A stretch of 64,000 nt of DNA from Minutocellus sp. GHC0000111 (GCA_977018835.1 OZ361258.1:4278001-4342000); one strand, 5' to 3'. Counted from the first letter of the stretch, positions 10,489 to 21,500 are shown. The notes: generated by a model not told the origin, from the letters alone. Program-made: numbers and translations.

Positions 10489-13400
10489 TCACCAGAGGCC
10501 AGATGCGCCGCCATTCCAAGTGTTGTGTCTAACGAGCTTGCGTCCTCCTCCTCCACCAGGACTTGCCGGGAGCTGCTTCATGCGTTCCTGCTGTACGGGC
10601 AGAGCGAGGTTGGCCTCACGAACCTTATTCTGTTCAAGCAACAATTGCTTCTGCTCGGCGCTCAGCAATTCTCGCCTCTTGAGTAGAGAGGAAGCATCAG
10701 GACGACGCTTGGGATCGGGGTGCATCATCTCGGAAATGATGGACTGCAGAGGAAGCGGTGTATCTGGAAGCATCTGAAGCTTTCCATGACGAATGTCCTG
10801 CCATTCATCTCCATTCTCGGGAAGGGACTTGCCGAGGCAGACTTCGTACATGGTAGCTCCAAGAGAAAAGATGTCCGACGGACGTAAATCCTCGTGCTCG
10901 CCAAAGCTCAGCAATTCCATCGACATATAGCGACTGTCTCCCTCCTCCACCTCACCGCTCGTGCTGATCTTGCTCACGAGGCCGAAGTCCTACGTGAAAT
11001 AGGCAGATAGAAACATATGATAAAATCAAGGTCAGATTTTGAGGCTCAAAAGAGTACATGAAAAGATTCTCAGGATATGCCACGCTACTCACCCCGAGCT
11101 TATACTGATCCGTCTTGATGAAGATGTTCTCCGGCTTGATGTCGAGATGGCACATATTGTTCTTGTGAATGAGCTCGAGGGCCAACAGAATCTCTCGAAG
11201 GAGGTTGTAGCGGCGCTCGTGGGACATGGGCTTCCTTTCAGCCGGGGAAGGAGCCTCCAACTCCATCATATGGTTGGCAGACGATGCCGGAGAAGAATTC
11301 TCGAGCTCGGCCTGCAGAGTCGACGTACACAGATCGGTCTGAATGTGAAGCCGACCCTCCTCCATCCAGGCTTGGTGGTAGCGAACTATGTGAAAGGCTG
11401 CAGTGTCAGCCTGGTCGCAGAGGGCAGCGAGAGCATACACCTCCTTCAGCATACGCTCACGGTCAGCCACGCCCTTGATGCGTCGGTTGGCCACCTTGAT
11501 GGCATAGGTGCACCCATCAACCTTGGACAGACACTTGTAGACGGTACCGAAGGATCCATTGCCAAGGGGACGGCCGACGATTTGAAAGTCCGTCTCGAAT
11601 CGACCGGCGGATGCAGCCTGAGTATTGTTCTGCTCCATGTCCTCATCGCGATCACCAAAGCGGCTGCGACGCTTGACGCCGAGTGAACTGCCGGGAGTCT
11701 TGGGTGGGAGGGGGGGAGCCAAAGGGGTAGGACCACCGGCCCGTCCTGCAGTATCTTCGTCCTGAAACGTAAATACCTTGGGAGTGCGACGAACCAAACG
11801 CTTCTCCATCACCGGCGTCGCTGGAGGACGGCCAAGGTTGCGATGAGGGGTGTGACTCGTAGCCGTCATGGACCTCGGTGGCGGTGAGGCGGTGCCAAAG
11901 CCGCCCATCCGTCCCGGCGACGTCATCCCGGTCGAAGCCGCGATGCGTTCCTCCAACGTGGGCGTGCCAGGCCGGGCATTGTTGTACTTGTTCCCACCGG
12001 ACGCGCGCGCCGAGCGGCTAATCTTGGGCGCGGCGGGGGTGGCATCCTCTTCGTAGTCGTCGGGGTCGGTGCCATCCCACGAGGCCTCGTCGTCGCCATC
12101 CTCCATCATCATCATGTTGCTCGCCCCGACGGGGTTGCGTCTGCCGGATCGGGGAGTCTTGGGCGGCGGACCGGCGGCGGCGGTGCTCATGTCCAGAGTC
12201 ATGGCCGGGAAGCTCATAACGTCCGTGGGGCTGATCCGATCGCCACCGTCGTCCATCTCCTCCTCGATGGCATCCATCAGCTTGTTGCTGCCACCACCGG
12301 TACCACTGCCAAAGCTGGTGTGGACGCTGAGGCTGCCGCTTCCACTGCCACTTCCCCCCATACCGCCAAATCCCAAGCCAAATCCACCGTTGCTGAAGCT
12401 CGGTTCCGCCTTCATCTTCTTGAAGATGCTCCGCTTGCTGGTGGTGGCGGCACTGGTAGTACTGGCATCGTCGGGACCGAGATTCAGACGCCGGACCTTG
12501 TTGCCGACGCCGCGGAAGATGTCCTCCTCGGTCTCGTCGATGGGAGAGGCCGTGAAGGAGTACCGGCCGTCCTTGGGGGCCGTGCCGTTGGCGTTGACGC
12601 CGTAGGCACTGGTGGCGATGCTGGAACTTGAACTGGAATTGGAGGTGACTCCAGTATTGCTAGACAGGAACGAGTTGGTAGAGGTAGTAGTAGGCTTCGG
12701 TCGTGGTGGGCTCGAGGGTGCCATGCCAGCACCGGCAGTGGTATCCGAGGAGGACGAAGTGGAAGCCGAAGCCGCCGCCAGACTGCCAAAGGCAAGGGTA
12801 GTCGTGGCGGTGGATGCCGTGGTGCCGGTCCGGGGTGGGCTGGAGCAGTCCATGGTACTACTCGTACCACTGGCACCACTGACACTAATATCGGGAGCGT
12901 TGGGGTTGCCACCGTTGTTGGCCGCGGCTGTAACCGACGCAAAGAACGATGGCGTGGCGGCGGCTGCTGCTGTTGCCCTGGTCTCCTGCTGGGTTGGATA
13001 AGTGCTGGTAACATGGTTGTCGGTACCAGCCTCCTTCTCCTCCTCGTCCTCGTCAACCTTGGTCCCAGCAGCAGCTCCAGAAGCGACGGCAGCATTGCCA
13101 AACAGGCCGGCCAGATTCTTGGACGTGCCACCTCCCAGCCGCATGCGCTGGTGGAAGGTGTCGTCGTACTCGTCGTCGGTGGTCTCGCAGTCCCCACCTC
13201 CATCTCCACCCTTCGACTGGACGTATCCTCACCGTCCCCATCGTCCATCATGGACGAGCCCCGTCCTCCCTGGTCTCCGTCGCTGCGGCGCTTGCGGGTG
13301 CCGCCGATCTGCCGCACGCTGTCTCGATCCCTCCCCAGAGTCATGTCCACGGAATCGTTGGACGTCTCGTCGTCCGTCGAGGGTATGTCCTCCTGGGACA

Positions 13401-14061
13401 TCCGTGGTCCGTCCTGGTTGTGGTCGTTGTGGTTACTGGACAAGTCAGAATCGGGATGAAGGGCGGCGAAGAAGCTCCGCATGGCCCCCACGTTGGTCGT
13501 GCAGGCGGCGTTGGCGCCCAGGAGGCAGGAGGAGGGCGCCACCTCCTCACCTCCGAATTGCTCTCCTCCGTCCAAGGACGGCCGTTCCGTCTCGAGCCTG
13601 GCCGCCTCCTCGGCCATGGCGTCGTGCGGATGGCGATGGTGATGATGGTTATCGAAGTTAGGATGCTCAGTATTGTGGTGGTGTTTGTGATGGTTGTCCT
13701 CCTCGGCCATGGTTTCCAACCCTAGGGAACCGGTGGGCCCGAAGCTCAGCCGGGTCTGCCGAAGACTTGCAGCGCTGGCACTGCCGGCGCTGGACGCCAA
13801 GGACGAAGAGCTGGCGTTGGCACCGTTGTAGCCGGCGAAGTACTGCGCACCGTCGGCGCTGGTGTGACTGGTGGCAGTGGCCGAGGCATTCCAACCACCG
13901 TCGTCATCGTTGCCAAAGAGCATCCGGCCGCGAACTTCGAGGCTCGGTCCACCGATGCGGGACCTGCCGCTGCCGTTGGGGTCGGCAGCTGCAGAAGACG
14001 AAGCAGAGCCAGATGAGCCCGGCCGGTCCTTCATGGCCGACAGGAGTGTCTGCTGCCGCAT
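10489..14061 (-). CDS. WEE1: Wee1/Myt1-family kinase with a long disordered N-terminus and one frameshift near 13220
   Basis: GNGSFGTVYKC, YAIK, EVYALAAL, HIVRYHQAW, HLDIKPENIF, KLG|DFG (intron 10990-11092), EEGDSRYM, DIFSLG. Confidence 0.85.
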
Positions 14062-14748
14062 TGTTGTGAGGGCTTAGACGGACGGACGTGCTGCTTTTGT
14101 GCGGCCGGTTTCAAATAGTAAGGCTCGACTCCACTCAAGAGGTTTCAAAAGAATGATTAGAGGAGGCTGGCCCGGTCGTATCTTCGCAGCGTGTCTCGGT
14201 TGTGGTTCGTTCGTCGAGGTCGGCCCGTTACGGATCAGGCAAGGAGACACAACGGCAGCACGAGCAGCAACCAAAGTTTCTTCGCAATGATTCAATGGGA
14301 TTTGGGCCGGGGGTTCCGATTGGATGGTAGGCTAATAGATAAATAAGGGCCAGGGAGGACGATTACCAAATGCCGATGCCGACGGTTGGAGATTTTTGCC
14401 TGTTGTGCCCGAAAAATTAATTTTTTGGTTGGTGCGATGGGAACAAGATACTGCGTATCTCTGCAGAGCCTGCCAATACCAGTATCAAGGAATCGAACTG
14501 GTCACGACGGGCAACAAAGGCGAATGGTGGGGAGCGCGTGGTATCTCCTCCTCTGGTCCTTTCTCTCTCTCTTGTCTGCTCCACGGTATTCCAAAGCCCT
14601 GGGAAAGAGATGTGTCGGTTTTGTCGGTTGACGCGCGACGGTTTGGGATTTGGTCCGGGTTACCCTTGATAGGTCGGCGCGGCAGGCTCGCGAAATAAAT
14701 CGGGCGCGCGGTTTTACCTCGTCATCTCAACATTGTTTCCAAGCCAAG

Positions 14749-14899
14749 ATGCCCAACCGCTTCAGCAAGATGGGGAAGAAGTCCAAGAAGAAGACCAGCG
14801 GTGCCAAGCCCAAGGCCAAGGTTGGTTCCGGTGGTGACTCAGAGATGGTCGGTGTCGGTGCGGTGTCGGTGCCGGCGGCAAGATCGTCCATCCGCTGTC
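14749..14899 (+). pseudogene. 5' fragment of a paralog of the MYND gene at 44708
   Basis: MGKKSKKKTSGAKPKAKVG...SIRC resembles MGKKSRQKQSGSVAKAKAG...KVRC; it breaks off at the first Cys. Confidence 0.5.
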
Positions 14900-14917
14900 A
14901 GCACACACAGACTCAAG

Positions 14918-15343
14918 ACTAGTGGTCAGTCAGTCCCGGAGGCAGCAGGTAGCAAATTTGCTACCTCGGCCGTAGGAAGCAGTGCATTTCTACGAGGTAG
15001 CAAGTCCGGCGAAGTGAGGCAGCAAGTTTTTTTCAACACGTGGAAGTTAGCAAAAAACCGAATGCAGCGGCGGCATTTGTTCCTCGCGTCCACGTCGACG
15101 TTTCGCGCGAGAGAAGATGTGCTGAAAATTGAATGAGAGGAGCCAAAAGACACCGGGACCACGCAATGCTACGACACTAACACAGTTGTTGCTTGCACAT
15201 CATTAAGAGAAGCAGACACTCTTTTGAGTGTGCTTTTGCTTGCTGCGCTGCAGTTCACTCTTCGACCACAGAGGTGCTTGAGGCAGCAAGTTTGGTAGCC
15301 AATTTGACCGTTTCTTTTGCTGTCCCCGGGACCAACCACTAGT
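14918..15343. mobile_element. Non-autonomous TIR element (MITE), 420 bp plus duplicated target within ACTAGT
   Basis: Left end actagtggtcagtcagtcccgg.g.cagca; reverse complement of right end actagtggttggtcccggggacagca. GG(T/C)AGCAA subterminal repeats. Excision restores the RT frame AAG ACT AGT GGA GCC CGC TGG. Confidence 0.75.
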
Positions 15344-15542
15344 GGAGCCCGCTGGCATCATGATGAGTGCTTTGCCGCCACCATGTCCCCCGTGTGGGGG
15401 GTGTTTTGCCTCTCCAAGGCAGATCCCGACATCTGGATGAAGGATTGCGGCGACCATTACAGCCATGTTGCTGTTTACGTTGATGATTGCCTTTATGCAG
15501 GCAAGGATGGCAAGGCTTTCTTTGATGAGCTCAAGTCCCTTG

Positions 15543-15715
15543 TGTTGATATGAGGTGCGACCAAGGTGCGCACTGCACGCAGACATCTTGCGCGGAAGAG
15601 GAGTTCAACATGTGAGCAGCGGCAGAGGCCTAGCAATGGCCATTATTTGTCCTGGTAGTCCTGTAACTACGGTAAATTGATGTTAGTATTGCTAGCCTTG
15701 CCTTAGCAATTAACA
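15543..15715 (+). repeat. 5' LTR (173 bp)
   Basis: tgttgatatg...aattaaca, a direct repeat of 21392-21557. Confidence 0.95.
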
Positions 15716-15725
15716 TACCAGGACA
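15716..15725 (+). promoter_or_regulatory. Non-tRNA primer-binding site complementary to the element's own LTR
   Basis: taccaggaca is the exact reverse complement of tgtcctggta at 15648-15657; there is no TGG start. Confidence 0.7.
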
Positions 15726-15869
15726 GCCGCACGGCGGCAAACTTATAGCGCAACAGGACGCGTCTGACATCGAAACAGAGCCCAGGCCACCCACCACCGT
15801 CAGGAGTTGAAGTTGTGACGCATCGCGACAGAAAAACGACGAATTCTTCAACGAAGAACACGACCAACC

Positions 15870-17075
15870 ATGACCTACAGTGTCCCGTCCGCCGAGGACA
15901 TTTTTGAAGCGTTCTCATCAACGCCCAAGCCCATCCAAGGAGCAATCACCGTGCTTTCCCTCCTTGATCTGTATCACGATCTCCGCGTCAATGCACGCAA
16001 CACGGCATGCCCTTTCTCCATCAATGGGTGGCTATTCGTCGTGCTGGGCATCACGCAGTACCATGAAGAGTATCCCTTCGAGGTTGCCATGTGCGTCGTT
16101 CCTCCCACGCCGGGACCCATTCCCGCAGGCGAGTCTCACACCTTCCCGGAGCGCAAGGCGAAGCACGACGACGACATCGCACGCTTCGAGTTCTACCAAA
16201 ACGTCAAGCAGGCCCTCGTGAAGCACATCACCATTGCGGTAGGCGAAGACATCGTCAACACGTATATCAACGCCTCCAGCAGCATCCCGCCGCCGCATGA
16301 GCTCCTCGAGTACCTGGTCCGTGACTACGTGCGCAGCACCTACAAGGCGCAGGACGTCGAGGCAGCCCGCCTGAAGATGATGGCTAAGATCAGCATCACC
16401 GACGCATGGGCCGACTTCGTCCGACAGATCGAACGAGGCCGCGACGCTCTCCGCATGTATCAACAGGCCCTCAACGACGCCCAACTCACCAACATCGCCT
16501 TGGCCACGCTCGAGCACACCGGCGAGCATTTGCGTCGCGAGATCGTCAAGTTCCGCAAACGGCCCATTGACCAGCAAAGGTGGGAGCACATCAAGGAGCA
16601 CTTCCTCCCTGAGTGGCTCGCCGCTGCCGCACGTCAAACCGCGAAGCACGAGACTGACTTCAACGCCGCCGCCCACGCCGTCATGGGAACGACTTATGAG
16701 CCCCAGCCCCAGGCAGCAGCCCATCAGGTCGCAGCCGCCGCATCGGTGGATGCCCTAGCCGCCGCGTTCCAGGCATTTGCAGCCCAGCAGCAGCAGACCA
16801 TGGCCCTCATTGCCCAGCAGCAGCAGCAGCAGCAGGAGCAGGGAGGTGGAGGAGGCGGCCGTGGAGGAGGCCGCAGGACGATGACGCCAGGGCGTCACGG
16901 TTTCCATTGGTGTTGGACGCATGGAAAGTGCCATCACGGCCACGGTCATCCGGTCCCGGCCCAGCAGATCTGCAACAGCCCGGCCCCAGGCCATATCGCA
17001 ACTGCCACCTTCCACAACCCGCAGGGAGGATCGATGCGTAACTGTGATGGTTGGGATGGCAGCACAGGCCTATGA
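15870..17075 (+). CDS. gag: Gag
   Basis: 401 aa directly after the LTR; C-terminal CWTHG...H...C...GH...AT..N..GGS knuckle typical of diatom copia. Confidence 0.9.
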   Translation: MTYSVPSAEDIFEAFSSTPKPIQGAITVLSLLDLYHDLRVNARNTACPFSINGWLFVVLGITQYHEEYPFEVAMCVVPPTPGPIPAGESHTFPERKAKHDDDIARFEFYQNVKQALVKHITIAVGEDIVNTYINASSSIPPPHELLEYLVRDYVRSTYKAQDVEAARLKMMAKISITDAWADFVRQIERGRDALRMYQQALNDAQLTNIALATLEHTGEHLRREIVKFRKRPIDQQRWEHIKEHFLPEWLAAAARQTAKHETDFNAAAHAVMGTTYEPQPQAAAHQVAAAASVDALAAAFQAFAAQQQQTMALIAQQQQQQQEQGGGGGGRGGGRRTMTPGRHGFHWCWTHGKCHHGHGHPVPAQQICNSPAPGHIATATFHNPQGGSMRNCDGWDGSTGL

Positions 17076-20000
17076 GGAGGCGGGCCCGGCGGTGGGGAGG
17101 TAGTATTTGTTAATTATAATAATAGTAATGATATGTCAATCACCACTAGTTATATTAACAATACTACTTTCCCACCCGCAGGGCCACCCCGAGCAGACCG
17201 TGAGATCATAGCAGCAGCAGATTCAGGAGCAACGCACACCATGGTCAGACCAGATGATGCAACGGTACTACTGGACAAGCGCGCAGCTGTGACACCTCTC
17301 CGAGCAATAACAGCTGACGGTGGCACCCTCACGTCAACTCATGAGGGCCAACTGCCGTTGAAGGGGATATCACGGGCGGCCAGCCTGGCACATGTCATGC
17401 CAGGATTGCAAACAAATTTGGTATCGTTAGGGCAACTCTGTAATGACGGACTAGAAATAGTCCTGACACGAGATGACCTGCGTGCCTACCCCAGCGGATC
17501 GACCATTGTATCACCGACGGAACGACAGGTGATTGTGGGGGCGAGGAATTGGACAACGGGTATGTGGGATATATTGCTGCAAACCCCAGACACTCCGGCC
17601 TCCCAACTCAGCGCGAATCATTGCACCAACTGTGGGACTGCCTTCCTTGCGAGGGTGGATGATCCCATGGCGATGGTCAATAATATCGTGGCAGCTCGTG
17701 ACATGCAACAACTGGCCGAATGGTACCACCGGGCCCTCTTCAGCCCGAGGAAATCCACATTACTGAAGGCAATTGCAAAGGGGCATTTCCGATCGTGGCC
17801 GGGTTTGACGAAGCAACTCATTGAGAAGCATCTGCCGCCATCGGTCAACACGGCGCTGGGACACATGAAGAAGATCAGGCAAGGCCTTCAATCTACGAAG
17901 CGAGTCCCATTCGCGGCTTGGACATTGACGCTAGAAGAGGAGGACTTGGACATGTTCGAACCTTCTTGGGAAGGATGCGAGGCTGGTGCCATGTACACGA
18001 AAATGGTAGAGACGAGCGAACTGACCGAGAAGATGTACGGTGACACCTCCGGTCCTTTCCCCATCACGTCCGCCAAAGGGAATCGCTACTTCCGCATCAC
18101 GTATGTTGTGGACGCAAATGCTATCACCGTGATCCCCATGAGGGACCGGTCGAATGCATCCATGCAGGCGGCGTGGAAGGAATTGAAAGAAAGATTAGCA
18201 AAGAGTGGCATCCCTACCAAGCTGTACATCTTGGACAACGAGATATCACGGGACATGAGAACCACCCTGACAATTGACAAGGTCGCGTGGCAATTAGTCC
18301 CACCAGGCAACCATCGTTCCAATGCAGCTGAGAGGGCTATTCAAACCTGGAAAGATCATTTCCTGTCCGGGCTGGCTAGCGTTGACTCCAATTTCATCAT
18401 GCAGCAATATGATGAGCTCATCCGCCAAAGCGAAGATACACTCAACATGATGAGGACATCGCGACAACATCCTCATCTCTCAGCGTATGAGCATATGAAG
18501 AAAGTCCATGACTACAATGCAGTCCCTTTCGCACCCCCCGGAATCAAAGTGGTTATTCACAAGAGGGCGGAGGAACGAGCTTCTTTCGGATACCGAGGTG
18601 AGCTTGGTTTTGTGGTGGGCCCAGCGCCAGAGCACTATCGATGCCTTCGAGTGTATGTACCCAAAACGAATGATTACAGAATTTCTGATACGATCGAATT
18701 CTTCCCAGAGGGATACGAGGCACCGATGTTATCGCCCATTGAAAGAACGACAATGGCCCTCCATGATTTGGCAGCGGCTCTTCGTGACAAGAACACGAGG
18801 GTACCTGAAGAATTTTTAGGCTCGCCAGAGATGCAAGCACTCAAGAAGATCGGTGACATGCTAGCCGCTATGACGGGGTCAGCGTCGCAACCAACCCTGC
18901 AGAATAGTTCATCTGTGATGGACAGTCGAACTACGAGGGTGGCATCTGCCCCGAGGCAGACTAGCAGTGTGAATGTCCCTGACGATAGCAGTACGAGGGT
19001 GCCAGCGACAGCCGATACTCGAACCCCGACGACGAGCGAGCGCCAAAGTAGCCGGCAACTTTCCCCATCGGCGACGGATGAGGACGATGCAGCAACTACG
19101 AGGGTGCCACGCTCACCGGCATTCATGGATGTAGAGCAACCCAAGGAAGCGGGCGTACCAGTACAGCAACGCACCAAGGAGTTGAAAGCAGCCGCAAGAG
19201 AAGAAGCCCGGCAGGAGAAGCGAGCAGCAGTCGAACGATCCAAGGCGAACCATGAGGCGCAGAGGAAGGCAGCAGCTGAGCCAAGGGCATACCCGGGAGA
19301 TGGCAAACGGGTACCAGCACCAGCCACAGGCCGTTACAACACTCGATCCAATATCGGCAAGGCAAATCTTGCCAAGATGATGGGCCAAGCGAGGGTCACT
19401 GAAACCGAAGCTCACGGTCATCAGCAATTTATAGCCACTGTCAATTCCGTAGTCCAAGAGGCAGCACCAGCTACTGACAGAGCCCCGACGAAACTCTCGG
19501 GGGCATTGCAGTACATGATAGCGAAAGAAGAATACTATCTGGTGCGCAACAAGACCGACGACACTGTCACAGTCCATCCCCGTGCAAATCATGTGCATTG
19601 TGAGAAGACAGGGCGAATCTTACAGTATCGTGACCTCATCCAGCGTGAGAATAAGATGTTGTGGGAGAACGCCATGTGCAGAGAGCTCGGCCGTTTGGCG
19701 CAAGGATGGGAGGAAGAAGGCATCAAAGGCACGGACACCATTCGATTCATCCACCATTCCGAGGTCCCGCAAGGCCGGAAGGCCACGTATGTACGACCAG
19801 TTTGTGACATTCGAGAGCATAAGAAGGAGAAGCATCGAGTCCGAGTGACGGTAGGAGGTAACCTTATTGAATACCCCGACGACGTGACGACCAAGACAGC
19901 CGATCTGATTACTATCAAATGCCATTGGAATAGCGTGCTGTCCACGGAGGGCGCCAGGTACATGACGATGGATGTCAAGGATTTTTATCTGAACACGCCG

Positions 20001-21500
20001 ATGGACCGATGCGAGTACATCAGAATCCCCATTGCATTGATCCCACAGAAGTTCATGGACCAGTACAACTTGCACGACAAGGTGTACAACGATGCTGTGT
20101 ATGCTGAGGTATCCAAGGGGATGTATGGACTTCCCCAAGCGGGCAGAATCGCCAACGATCGACTAGTTGAGCACCTGGGTGAATATGGCTACAAGCCCGT
20201 GCCTCGAACGCCAGGATTGTGGAAGCATGAGACGAAGAACTTGTCCTTTACGCTCGTAGTTGACGATTTCGGCGTCAAATATGAGAAGGAAGAAGATGTC
20301 GAGCATTTGCGGGTGGCCCTGGAGAAGTTATACAAGGTCACCACCGATCCAGAAGGTAAATTGTACGTCGGCGTCACTTTGGATTGGGACTATGACAAAC
20401 GCCTCGTGCGATGCTCTATGCCGGGGTACATTGAGGCGATGTTACTTCGTTTCCAGCATCCCAAACCATCACGACCCCAAGATCAACCTTTTCCAAGTGC
20501 CATTCCAACATACGGCAAATCCAGTCAGATTATCAAGCCGACAGAGCAATTGCCACTACTGCCGAAGGATCAGCAGGCCACGTTGCCACAGATAGTAGGC
20601 GTGCTGTTGTACTACGGCATTGCAGTGGACTCGACGCCGTTGACGGCACTCAACGCAATATCGATCCAGTCGAATCGCATGACGAAGGAGACTGCAAAAC
20701 AAATCACGCAACTCCTCGATTACTGTGCCTCTAATCCTGACGCCGAAGCCACGTACGAAGCTAGTGACATGATATTGTACATTCACAGCGATGCCTCGTA
20801 CATGTCGGAGTCAAAAGCGCGCAGTAGATTTGGAGGATTCTTCTTTTTGGGACCGAAGTCAATCGATGGAAAAACGATGCCGCAACCGAATGCGCCGGTG
20901 CATGTAAATTGCAAATTGCTCAAATTGGTGGCAGCGTCGTCATTCGAAGCAGAATTAGGCGGCCTGTTTCACAACGCTCAGGACGGTGAATACATCAGAA
21001 CGATTTTGGAAGAGATGGGCCATCCCCAACCTACCACCATGATGGTTACTGATAATCTGGTAGCCAACAACATCGCCAACGACATTGGAAAGCAAAAGAG
21101 ATCTCGCGCCATCGACATGAGATTTTACTGGATTCAAGATCGAATCAAGATGGGCCATTTCCACGTGTTCTGGCGCCCCGGCTCCGAGAATCTCGCCGAC
21201 TACTGGACTAAACATCACCCGACCGCTCATCATCGTCAAATGCGACCTATTATTCTGAATTCCAAGCCGAGAGTCAAATTTTCAGCTGACACCAAGACCT
21301 CCGACAGCAAGAAGGCCTTTTCCTCCCAAAAATGCATCAGAGGCGAAATTCAGAAAGGATCTTCTGGCAGATCTCTGCACCCGCGAGGGTGTGTTGATAT
21401 GAGGTGCGACCAAGGCACGTACGCAGATGTCTTGCGGAAGAGGAGTTCAACATGTGAGCAGCGGCAGAGGCCTAGCAATGGCCATTATTTGTCCTGGTAG
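17076..21500 (+). CDS. pol: Pol (protease, integrase, RT, RNase H), in frame with gag; first ATG at 17133
   Basis: DSGAT; GDTSGPF, LDNE and NAAERAI (DDE); MYGLPQAG and VVDDF; SDASY, EAE, TDN and NLADYWTK. The ORF ends inside the 3' LTR. Confidence 0.95.
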   Translation, partial: GGGPGGGEVVFVNYNNSNDMSITTSYINNTTFPPAGPPRADREIIAAADSGATHTMVRPDDATVLLDKRAAVTPLRAITADGGTLTSTHEGQLPLKGISRAASLAHVMPGLQTNLVSLGQLCNDGLEIVLTRDDLRAYPSGSTIVSPTERQVIVGARNWTTGMWDILLQTPDTPASQLSANHCTNCGTAFLARVDDPMAMVNNIVAARDMQQLAEWYHRALFSPRKSTLLKAIAKGHFRSWPGLTKQLIEKHLPPSVNTALGHMKKIRQGLQSTKRVPFAAWTLTLEEEDLDMFEPSWEGCEAGAMYTKMVETSELTEKMYGDTSGPFPITSAKGNRYFRITYVVDANAITVIPMRDRSNASMQAAWKELKERLAKSGIPTKLYILDNEISRDMRTTLTIDKVAWQLVPPGNHRSNAAERAIQTWKDHFLSGLASVDSNFIMQQYDELIRQSEDTLNMMRTSRQHPHLSAYEHMKKVHDYNAVPFAPPGIKVVIHKRAEERASFGYRGELGFVVGPAPEHYRCLRVYVPKTNDYRISDTIEFFPEGYEAPMLSPIERTTMALHDLAAALRDKNTRVPEEFLGSPEMQALKKIGDMLAAMTGSASQPTLQNSSSVMDSRTTRVASAPRQTSSVNVPDDSSTRVPATADTRTPTTSERQSSRQLSPSATDEDDAATTRVPRSPAFMDVEQPKEAGVPVQQRTKELKAAAREEARQEKRAAVERSKANHEAQRKAAAEPRAYPGDGKRVPAPATGRYNTRSNIGKANLAKMMGQARVTETEAHGHQQFIATVNSVVQEAAPATDRAPTKLSGALQYMIAKEEYYLVRNKTDDTVTVHPRANHVHCEKTGRILQYRDLIQRENKMLWENAMCRELGRLAQGWEEEGIKGTDTIRFIHHSEVPQGRKATYVRPVCDIREHKKEKHRVRVTVGGNLIEYPDDVTTKTADLITIKCHWNSVLSTEGARYMTMDVKDFYLNTPMDRCEYIRIPIALIPQKFMDQYNLHDKVYNDAVYAEVSKGMYGLPQAGRIANDRLVEHLGEYGYKPVPRTPGLWKHETKNLSFTLVVDDFGVKYEKEEDVEHLRVALEKLYKVTTDPEGKLYVGVTLDWDYDKRLVRCSMPGYIEAMLLRFQHPKPSRPQDQPFPSAIPTYGKSSQIIKPTEQLPLLPKDQQATLPQIVGVLLYYGIAVDSTPLTALNAISIQSNRMTKETAKQITQLLDYCASNPDAEATYEASDMILYIHSDASYMSESKARSRFGGFFFLGPKSIDGKTMPQPNAPVHVNCKLLKLVAASSFEAELGGLFHNAQDGEYIRTILEEMGHPQPTTMMVTDNLVANNIANDIGKQKRSRAIDMRFYWIQDRIKMGHFHVFWRPGSENLADYWTKHHPTAHHRQMRPIILNSKPRVKFSADTKTSDSKKAFSSQKCIRGEIQKGSSGRSLHPRGCVDMRCDQGTYADVLRKRSSTCEQRQRPSNGHYLSW
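21383..21391 (+). promoter_or_regulatory. Short polypurine tract
   Basis: gcgagggtg immediately precedes the 3' LTR. Confidence 0.75.

Noticed and set aside
11039..14077. Long plus-strand ORFs opposite WEE1 (and similar shadow ORFs elsewhere)
   Set aside because: Antisense shadows of GC-rich coding sequence with no motifs.
14900..14917. cacacagactcaa as an element terminus shared with cacacagagtcaa near 39451
   Set aside because: The 14.9-kb copy is explained as degenerate copia RT codons (YGLK).
15716..15735. Canonical tRNA primer-binding site
   Set aside because: There is no TGG complementary to the tRNA CCA end; the sequence matches the LTR instead.
16786..16870. CAG/GGA microsatellite
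   Set aside because: Encodes the poly-Gln/Gly linker of Gag; ordinary low complexity.
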